Made by a program: the position numbers and the translations under genes. A DNA stretch of 62,911 bases, filler included, from Syncephalis fuscata S228 (taxonomy: Eukaryota > Fungi > Zoopagomycota), in assembly GCA_025786725.1 (NCBI GenBank). It is 4 parts of 4 records of this genome, joined end to end, with 100 filler letters (N's around TTAATTAATTAA, not from the genome) between each part and the next. Parts side by side here need not be neighbours in the genome. Positions count along the whole stretch, not along the records: positions 48,461 to 62,911 come from JAHLTZ010000233.1; 3 more parts are not named here. One strand, 5' to 3'. Each line of letters opens with the position of its first letter. The stretch's first letter is position 1. Below the pieces are notes generated by a model. It made no database searches. It saw only the letters and a program-made list of their open reading frames with translations, and was not told where the DNA came from. Below, one piece after another: positions 49,217 through 62,911 of this stretch.

Positions 49217-50769
49217 TATGACCATCATAAAACTGTAATATTCATTGTTTATATATCTTAAAATGCCGATAAAACGCTAATTTACAATTTTAAGCCTGGG
49301 ATTGGTGCGTCACTGTTATGCCAGTATATAGCAGTACTAAACGTGTAATTTCAGCGCAATTAGGTGGTATAATTCAATGTAGCGTGCTAAAAAATAATAG
49401 TAATAATTTAGTTAATAAAACGTTGCTACGATTATTTATAGTTTTATGTAAAATAAAGCAAATCGTATGGTATTTTGCACAAGTATGCACATAGCATATA
49501 GGCAGCTATTGTCAAGGTATACCGCTATTGTATTACGTGGTGGTGTAATGGTTGTGATAATACACTAATAGATGTGTAAAAATAGCAGTTTTTTGTCGAT
49601 CATGTATAAACAAAATATAGCAAAATAATTGCCAAATTTGAGTTCTCCATGCTTAGCTATAAGGAATGGTATGAAATATAGAACAACGATTTTTGCAACA
49701 AAAGTTAGTCAAAATGTAATTTATGTGCAATTATAAGTTAGTAAGAAAGTAAGTAAATTCCACCAGTTTAAAATTTTAATAATAAAGATGAGATTCATTC
49801 TAAAGTAAATCCAAAGCTTTCTATAGTGCTAAAGCAAGCATGATAGCAAGTTATTATTTTAAAATAGCGATGCACATCAATGAGTTATACTATATGCATA
49901 CGTATAACGTAATTCTAGTTAACAAATACTTACATAAATTACATTTTGACTAAGTTTGTTGCAAAAAATGTTCTAATTCTTATACTGATCTGTATAAATA
50001 AGCATTAAAAGCTTAAATCTGGCAATCATTTTGCTGTATTTAATTATACAAATCGTAAACTGTAAAAAACTGCTATTTTTACACATCTATTAGTGTATTA
50101 TCACAACCATTACACCACCACGTAATACAATAGCGGTATACCTTGACAATAGCTGCCTATATGCTATGTGCATACTTGTGCAAGATATCAGACAATTTAC
50201 TTGATTATACATAAAGCCATACTTAATATTATTAGCACTTTACTAAGTAAATTAAAAATACGTAAATTGCATTTTGACTAACTTTTGTTGCAAAAATCGT
50301 TGTTCTATATTTCATACCATTCCTTATAGCTAAGCATGGAGAACTCAAATTTGGCAATTATTTTGCTATATTTTGTTTATACATGATCGACAAAAAACTG
50401 CTATTTTTACACATCTATTAGTGTATTATCACAACCATTACACCACCACGTAATACAATAGCGGTATACCTTGACAATAGCTGCCTATATGCTATGTGCA
50501 TACTTGTGCAAAATACCATACGATTTGCTTTATTTTACATAAAACTATAAATAATCGTAGCAACGTTTTATTAACTAAATTATTACTATTATTTTTTAGC
50601 ACGCTACATTGAATTATACCACCTAATTGCGCTGAAATTACACGTTTAGTACTGCTATATACTGGCATAACAGTGACGCACCAATCCCAGGCTTAAAATT
50701 GTAAATTAGCGTTTTATCGGCATTTTAAGATATATAAACAATGAATATTACAGTTTTATGATGGTCATA
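49217..50769. repeat. Fold-back structure with ~500-bp near-perfect inverted arms and an internal diverged partial copy
   Basis: 49217-49716 is the reverse complement of 50270-50769; 49930-50250 is a diverged direct copy of the start of the right arm. Confidence 0.9.
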
Positions 50770-51662
50770 CTGCTATATAGTGTAACTAAAAAAACGCCAT
50801 GTAGTTAGAAAATATGTTAAAAACGCATGTAAATGATTAAGAAAATAGTACATATATCAAATATTAAGACTAATTAGTAACAAAACAATAACTATTAAAA
50901 ACTATAACAATACCAAATACTTAAATTAATTTATAATAAATGTAAACTAATATTTTTTACAATGTTTAATATCTTAAAATGTCTCACTTTTAAAACCAAA
51001 TAGTTGCTGAAATATATAATCCATTATTAGAATAATTAAATTAATAAACGTTTAACAGTCTGAATAAAAGCTAAATACATTTAAAATACTTGAATATGTG
51101 CTATTCAATGTTTAGACATAAAATAAAATAAAAAAGACAACACTATACGCTTACACTTTAAGAACTGGTCTATTTATACATATTACAATTTAAAAATATT
51201 GACTAATGTTATTTTAGTATATATGTAATCCGATAAAAAAATTAAAAATGTATAAAAACTCCATTTTGTTCCCTGCAAACTGATGCAGAAGTAGTAAAAA
51301 ACAAGAAATTGCAATACCATGCTATGTAAAACTTGATTATCAGGCTCTAGTATAAATGTTTGTTGTCATGCGAACACTAAACTAAATCTAGAAATACGAC
51401 TTTGAATTGCTCAAGTTAGGATGCATGAGGTATTGTGTGACTATACAGGCGCTACAATGCTTTTGCTGCACTTAGTACCCATACATGCATACGTTTGTGC
51501 TTTAGCAGCAATTATTGCCATACTACTTCCTTTACTTTGTCTTTGTCAATACTTACTACCTTAAATTCAATCCAGTGAATTAATTGTACTTTGATCGATT
51601 GTTATTACAATTTCTTCTTATAAAAACAAGCTTTATATATTCAAAATATTGTATTGTCATTT

Positions 51663-53148
51663 ATGGCCATCTTCATTATATTTGACATAAGCCGTCTATG
51701 GGCTATTGGAATTATTGGTGCCGCTATTTTGGCTAATGCAGTCACATACACCACTGCTATGCCCGCCGCTAAATCCGATGCGGATCAAAGTGCCAGCGAT
51801 GCTATGGCTGTAAAGAACTTTCAAGACTACATACGTATTCGTACCGAGCAGCCAAATCCAGACTACAAATCGGCCATGAAATTTCTGAAACAACTGGCCG
51901 ATGAAATCAATCTATCGTTCAAAACTGTGGAGCCAGTTGCAAATAAGCCGGTGGCCATTCTTACATGGACTGGCACTGATGCTAGTTTACCAAGCATTAT
52001 GCTTAATTCGCATACTGACGTTGTGCCAGTGTTTAAGGTATCCATCGACTGATAGTAACAATATACACAACCAATTTGTACTAACTAGTAACTAGGACCA
52101 ATGGACACACGATCCATTTGCCGCTGAACGTGTACGACAAGACGACGGCGACTACAAAATATTTGGGCGTGGCACGCAAGACATGAAGGTAGTCGGCATT
52201 TCGTAAGTACATGTATAAAATCCAATTACCGCAACTAACCAGACATTTAGCTATATCGAAGCATTACGAAGACTTAAACAAGATGGATGGCAACCACGTC
52301 GCACACTACATCTTACATATGTGCCAGATGAAGAACTCGGAGGAGCCACAGGCATGGCCGTATTTTGCAAGACGAAAGAGTTCAACGACTTGAACATTGG
52401 AGTTGCTTTGGATGAAGCTGGTACCAGTATATATAATGTACATAATGTCATGTATGGAGAACGCGCACCATGGCCTTTCACTGTCAAAGCAACTGGAGCT
52501 ACTGGGCATGGCAGCAAGTTTATTAAAAATACAGCTGCAAAGAAGCTAATGGGAATTACTAATAAGCTGCTTAAATTCAGCGATGAGCAAGAGAAGCTTT
52601 TGAACAACGGAAGTCATAATGGCAAACTGCATATTTCTGATGTTAGTTCCATCAACCTCACCATGTTAAAAGGTGGCATCCAATTTAACGTCGTGCCTTC
52701 TGAGATGGAAGCTACGTTTGATTTACGCGTAACACCAAAGACTGACACCAAAAAGCTTTCAAAATGGTTAGACGATCTTGCCGTCAAATACAAGTAGGTT
52801 GTTTAACAATATGATATTGCTTTACTTATGATTACAAATCATAGCGTAACAATTACATACAAAGATGGTCGTATTGAGCCTGTTCTCATGCCATTAGATG
52901 ATAAAAATGTCTGGTGGAATATCATTCAAAATACTTATAAGGATTTAGACATTGCTCCGCGTCCAATAATTGGCATTGGTGCCACTGATGCTCGTTATTT
53001 GCGCGCAATTGGTATACCAGCATTTGGTATTTCTATGTTACCAAACACACCTAAATTGAGTCATTCCAATAATGAGTTTGCTTATGAAAGTGTATACCTA
53101 AAAGCTATTACAAAATACAAAGCGCTAATAAAGAATTTGGCTGCATAA
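51663..53148 (+). CDS. ACY1: Aminoacylase-1 (M20A peptidase family) with an N-terminal hydrophobic extension
   Basis: FQDYIRIRTEQPNPDY, SIMLNSHTDVVP, GRGTQDMK, VPDEELGG, ALDE, GHGS, INLTMLKGGIQFNVVP, GATDARYLR, HSNNE. Confidence 0.9.
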
Positions 53149-55678
53149 TTAGCCAATTCATGGTAACACTTGTACATGTTTCCAATGTTCTTAAAACGTT
53201 GTGTTTCAATGCAAATAAGTTAATGTTTAAAAGTAAAAACTTTATAAATACTTAGGTTTGATTTTTATTGTAGTTTGATATGACAAAGTGGTATCCTGAA
53301 TGGGGGTCTTATACTGAAATGAAGGATTCTAACTTACTAAGTTTGAATAGAAACAAATACAGCACAGTTTACATATATTAAAAATATATTTTGATTATTA
53401 GTTTAAAGCCTCCACAATTAGTTGAATTAAAAGATCATATCATTGGATATTGCTGGTTTTTGTTGTTTGCTTTCATTCTCGTCGGCTATTCTTGATGCAC
53501 TAATTTAACATGTACCAACTGTATTATACATACTTATAAAGATTTATAACAAGCATTCCATGTCACACATCATCTTTTCAAACAAGTTTTACTAACAGTA
53601 TGGCATAGCTAAGTGCATAGCATAAATAAACTACACTGAAGTGGCTGATAAACTATGTCATGTGCCGTTCTATCATTGCTTCTTGTGACTATGTGCCTAT
53701 CTCTTGGATAGTCAGCATATTTGTTTTTCCATTGTTTTAATACACCATCTAGTTATTATATTTGTATTGCAATACTACTATCATATACTATCACTTTTAC
53801 TAGTTAAATAGAGCGTCGTTTTCTGTAAGTATAAATGCATTACAGTTAGTTACATCTGGTGTAATTACAATACACTACTCATTTGAATAACGGCATTAGT
53901 AGTTTATTATGTTATTATGTTATTGGCTATACTATTGTTATCAAACTGATACATACATATCGTGTACGATTTTACTTTTAGCTTTTAATTTCAATGTGTG
54001 GACACTGCTGTTTATTGATAAGTTAAATAAAACACGTTAATCATATAGTATGCTGTGTATTATTTAATACTATTATGCGGTTTGTTTTATCAGCAATTTA
54101 TTGATAAACTAATGTGATCGGGAGTCAAAACAATATTTGATAATAGGCGTGCAATTAAACTAAACATTTGTTCTTTCAAAAATAAAGCTGAATGGTGATT
54201 CTGTTAACAAATATGACTGCTAGTATGACGCAATAAACAAAATAATTCAAATCTGCAACACGTAAAGCTAGCACTAAACAAACAACAGCTCTGGATAAAA
54301 CAATGTTCAATACGCTTGAAATAGTATAAAACATAACAAATGAAGAATGAAAAGTATACGGCTGTAGTAAGTAAAGTACGTTGAAGCCTATAGAGAATAA
54401 ACAGAATTAATATAAAATGGGAATGATATGGGTGAATGAGGATGCATGTATACTGGATAAGCAGTTTATGATAATAAGCATTTAATCACTGACGTCACCC
54501 GCCATCTAATTCCATGTTCAATAGAATAAATTCTAGTTCAATTGTGCAGATGTTAATAACTCTAATCGTTTAATACCGTATTACGATAAATGACCAACAA
54601 ATTAAGTTTTATTATTAGTCATTCGTCGCAGATTATTGCTGAAATAATCAAAATGTCAATGAGTTCGTAAAAGCTTGATCGGTGAAAGAGACTGCGTATG
54701 TGGCTGTAGCTATTGGCATTTTCGACCTGATACACATTCGACCACGTGCATCGTCCGGTTAAGACATTTCCATATTTATAATTGCTTTCATGCAGCTGTT
54801 ATAGAAAGGGCACTAGAAAAACTTTAGAATGACCAGAATCGGAATGGTAAATAATTTATGCTCACATACCCACATTACTGTTGGTCCCTTGCTGAGCTTG
54901 AATTAATGGTAATTTTTTCCCAGCTTTATAAATAACTCAAACCGTTACAATATCAAATAATACACTACACTATTATTATTACTAGATCTTTATATTATTA
55001 TTATTAATAGTATTGGTGTGGGTGATAGTTGTTGTTGTTGTTGCTAATTGTAGTCTCCTTTTTCAACACAACTATTTTTATCTGTAATATTGCACTTTCC
55101 GGACATTACACATTAAAACATCTATCAGATCAAATTATTTTAACTTTAGTTTATCGTCAGCACACTTTATTGCTACTTGAACGGTACTACAATAGTCTAA
55201 AGTCGAGATTCCAGGTATAACTGTAGCTTTATTAGGATTTGCATAAATATTGGGTGAGTAGTCAGGAAAATACCATTTCTTTCTTCTCTTCCACACTTTG
55301 AACATTTGATGTTAATCCATATCATTGAACAAATACTTTAATATTTCTCAACACCAACGGTAATCTCTAAACTTGTTACGTTCAACAACCAACTAGTTAT
55401 TGTAGGCCTGTGTGTATGTGTGTTTATGTGTGTGTGTGTGTGTGTGTGCTTGCCTTTCTCGCACTCTTTCCTGCTCTATCCATCTGTGTGCCTAGCCTTA
55501 TGTATGTCTAGGATGTGTGATGTGGATATCTATGCCAACAATTCCCCTTTTTCTTTAATCCACTGACATTTGTGTAGGATACCGCAGTAGCCATAACATT
55601 AGCAACTTGGATACACCATCGACTATTATCGCTTCGATAGACATCATCTGATTGATATTTACGTCAACGCCAACTTAA

Positions 55679-59028
<3,350 letters not shown>

Positions 59029-59564
59029 TTGTTGCCCTCTATCTTTTTTGTTGTTATTTCATTTTTTGCTCAATATATACTCGGTAACAGTAATTTACCG
59101 AACCAAATATCCGTGTTTCCCCGACTATAGCCGTCTGCAGACATGGTTACACCGTGTGAGTTGCTAAGGGCTTACATCTATGTGCATTTCCATAACAAAT
59201 ATTATATATGGGTCAGTTGATTCATACTGTCACGTGACCTATAAAGTTTACGTATTTCTTATAATGAACAAACAACATGAGTTGAAACACTTGCACCACA
59301 CCACTTTAACTAACTTGCTCCATTCAAACCTTTTACTACGACTATTACTATTACTACTGCGACTGTAACTTTGATCGACTGAATATATTATTTTTGTCTG
59401 TCTGTCTTTCTGTTCGTTCGTCCGTCTATCTACCTATCTGTTCCTTCGCCTTTATCGTGTGCGTTGATAACGCCTATCTATCTGTATACGTTCATACGTA
59501 TACTGCGTGTTTCCTACTTTATTGAATCTTTATTCTAGCTTGTCACTCGTATTAAATCGAGTGT

Positions 59565-62500
59565 ATGTCGTTCTACTTCCGCCATAAAGTGAATTCTATT
59601 GCCACGGGCATTCCTGTCGCTACCGCTGCCGCTAGTGTGTCTACGTCTCGCCATCTAATGGAATTCGATACTACCTCACTATTACTTGCATCGGCTGTAC
59701 TTGCCGTCACTTACCTTGCGGTGAACAAGCCAGAGCCGGACGTTCACCCGTTTATTCTTAACGATCAGTCAACGCCGGCTAACGTGCGCCGTCCTGGCGA
59801 GAGCGCTGTTTATCGCTCAAAGATTGTACCGCATGGCAGCCCACTGCCTACATTTCCTAACGCAAATACGCGTACAATTACCGATGTATTTGCACGCGGC
59901 TACGAACGTACTGCAAACGGGCAGCATAGATTTCTTGGTGGGAAAACAGCGGACGGCGATTGGTCCTGGGTAAGTGTTGTAGTATGAACGGCAATGAGTC
60001 GCAAAAATAGTTACTTATATCTGTTGCCAATTATTAGATGACCTATGGTAATTATTGATGATTGAGGCAAATAAACAATCCAATAATACTGACGTCTTTC
60101 ATACAAATTAGGCCAAGCTAAGGAACGCATTCGTAATTTTGGTGCTGGCCTTCTTACTCTGACTGATTTGAAGCCGGGTATTGAGGATAAGCTCGGTATT
60201 TACATGCGTAATTCATCAGGTGAATACTTGTGGAAATTACAACATTTATATAAATTAATAATTTATTTAATTTTTAGAATGGATTTTAGCGGATTTGGGT
60301 AAGAATTTGAAATTAAAATTACCATTTTTTATTAAATAACTATTAATTATTATTATTATTATTATCGATGTGTTTAGCTGCTGCACATCACTCTTTAGTG
60401 ACAGTCCCAATGTATACAGCATGGAATTTGGATGCAGTACGACAATGCATTCAGCAAACCAAATTGACCACTTTGGTGACGACGCATCGAGAATTGCCGG
60501 CCATGCTATCAATATGTCCTGAATGTCCTACATTACGCTGGATCGTTTTAAGCGATCACACAGCATCAGAGGAAAATAGCGATCGTGCACAGCGGCTAGG
60601 TATTACGTTAGAGACTTTTTCAGCTGTAGAGAACATTGGCGCTACCAATCCATGTGATGAGCTTCCTACGCCTAGTAAGTGATTACAAACAATTAGCTTG
60701 ACATGGTAGACTAAGTTGGATTTAGAACCCGACGATTTGGCCTGCATTTGCTTTACATGCGGCACTTCGGGTGAACCCCGTGGTGTAATGCTGACCCATG
60801 CGGTAAGTTAAATTGAAATAATATGCTGCAATAGATAATAATAAACCAACGATTAATTAGAATCAAGTATGTTCGATGTGTAAGTCATATAGTTTTGAAA
60901 AGAAAAGTGCTTACATAGTAGCAAATAGCTTCTTTATTGTCCATTTTTATGTCTGGAAAAGGTCCTAATATAAATGACGTATACATGTCATATTTACCAC
61001 TTTGTAAGCTATATAACTGGCATATTTATACTTATTTAATCGTTTATAATACACTAGCTCATGTGTTTGAACATACATTACTATTGGCCGTCATATCGGT
61101 GGGCGGACAAGTGGCAGCCCATAGCCAAAGTCCACACTTGATGGAAAAGTCGGCACAAATTGTTAAACCAACCATTCTTCCACTGTAAGTTGGATTGTTT
61201 GCATTAGCATAATCTTATGTGGTTATTTAGTGTACCTCATATTCTTAATCGTATACGAGATGCTATAGAACAAAAAGTCAAGCAATCAGGTCAGCTACAA
61301 CAAATTCTTTATCGTCGTGCATTTGCTGCCAAGCTTCAATGGCTTCGAGCTGGACGTGTGGTAAATGATAGCTGGTGGGACCGTTTGGTATTCAGTAAAT
61401 TACGGGCAAAGTTTGGTGGTATGTATTTTATATTTTATTAGTATTATTTGTTTTAATGTAGTATGTAGGAAATGTACGCATTGTACCTTGTGGTGCTGGT
61501 AGGTTACCAAAAAAGCATTATTAATAGCAAGTGACTAAGTATAGCTAAATAGCACCAATTTCTACCGATACTTTGGATTGGGCGCGTGTATTCTTCGGCT
61601 GCCCGGTTATTGAAGGCTACGGCCAAACCGAGACATGTGCAGCCATCAGTGCCACTCATCCAAATGATTACCAACATCCATATGGTAGCAGTGTTGGCAT
61701 GATTCTACCTGTAAATGAAGTAAAGCTGGTAGATGTGCCAGAGCTGTGCTATCTGGCAAGTGATGTGCCAAATCCTCGTGGCGAAGTATGTACCAATTGA
61801 GGCTATTTGACTATATACTAACGGCATACATGTGTCATTGTATCATTTAGATTTGTGTTCGTGGCGGCAGTGTCACAAAGGCTACTACGGCCTTCCAGAA
61901 GACACCCGTGCTGTACTGAGTGAAGACGGTTGGCTAAAAACCGGTGATATTGGCGAGATGCTTCCAAATGGAACACTTAAAGTCATCGATCGCAAAAAAG
62001 TAAGTAACAATGCTAATACTGGCTTTTGCCTAGCTAAATGTATACTGTACAATGCAATGTCATACTGATACACGTGTATACTGCATTGTTTAGAATGTCA
62101 GTAAGCTGAGTCAAGGTGAATATGTGGCAAGTATTGAAACAGATAGATACACAATAACGCTGTCATATTAATGCGTGATATTTACAGGCACCAGCCAAAA
62201 TGGAATCCATCTATGAAAATTGCGAGTAAGTGTAAATGAATATACTTGTAGTACAGCTACAGAACGACTAACGGCACGACATGATTAAACAGCGTTGTTT
62301 CACAGACATATGTACATGTAGACCCGTTACAGCATTACCTTGTGGGTATTGTTGTACCCGACGAAAGCCGGCTAAGAGAGGCAAGTACAACATCAAATTA
62401 ATCATCTAGTACTTATCATGCTTATAGATTGCCCGTGAGCGCCTGCAAGATGCAAACGCTCCATTTAGCGAACTATGTCATAATGAAATGTATGCAGCGC

Positions 62501-62765
62501 CGTCTTGGAGGCTATGCACGATAAAGGCTGTGAACATGAATTATCGCGCTATAACAGGTCAGCGAATAATTGCATCCTGAGCCTTTACAGTAGAAACCGA
62601 CTATTAACACCAACATTCAAGTAAGCGGGTCGTCATTAATAACATAGAATTGATTTTATTTTACATACTATTTGTAGATTACGTCGTCACGTTATTCAAG
62701 AACATTTCCAAGCATGCTTCAAAACCTTTACACGTAATGACATGCCTGAAAAACAATATTTGTAG
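59565..62765 (+). CDS. Long-chain fatty acyl-CoA synthetase (AMP-binding), many small exons; ends approximate
   Basis: [70 protein letters not shown]|[12 protein letters not shown]. Confidence 0.9.
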
Positions 62766-62911
62766 GATTTTTGTTATGACATTGATGTTTCTGGACAAAT
62801 CATTAGATATTGCGTGCTTTGATAATAATAATAGTAAATTTAATATATTAATTTTATATAAAGTGTTAGTTCTATTTGAAATCTGAACATTGCTTGTATG
62901 CTTGCTCATTT

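Noticed and set aside
52038-52096. GTATCCAT donor in ACY1 as a second U12 intron
   Set aside because: It deviates from GTATCCTT and has a canonical U2-type ACTAAC branch site.
53300-55000. Slightly GC-richer patches that may be a decayed gene
   Set aside because: Only short stop-interrupted frames without motifs.

Overview
AT-rich, intron-dense eukaryotic DNA. The gene set and very short introns point to an early-diverging fungus, probably Zoopagomycota-like (inference). The window is four contigs (1-11416, 11517-32733, 32834-48360, 48461-62911) joined by artificial N44-TTAATTAATTAA-N44 linkers. Ordinary genes: EF-1beta with an intronic U18/snR18 snoRNA, an HMG-box/AT-hook protein, a Dbf2/Sid2 kinase, three M36 fungalysin copies, neutral ceramidase, NDUFB7, UTP18, mitochondrial uL1, a Ste7-type MAPKK, QDPR, ILV3, aminoacylase-1, KDM5/JARID and a long-chain acyl-CoA synthetase. 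The main discovery is at 1-1348. The apparent 83-bp satellite reads on the minus strand as a tandem array of [~80-nt intron + 3-nt exon] units. Splicing them to the signal-peptide exon at 1255-1348 gives a stop-free secreted precursor, MKLSIAVVCTFVVTFVASTAIVDARPSIIRR-DVSKR-DLGFNCPPGFG..., built roughly one codon per exon. An intronless paralog at 38233-38379 encodes ...LVRR-APWDFDGFGR*. Other highlights: a selenocysteine elongation factor (eEFSec) in a fungus, carrying a U12-type intron, and five degenerate Fanzor (TnpB-like) remnants, four of which retain a conserved hairpin-containing 3' end.
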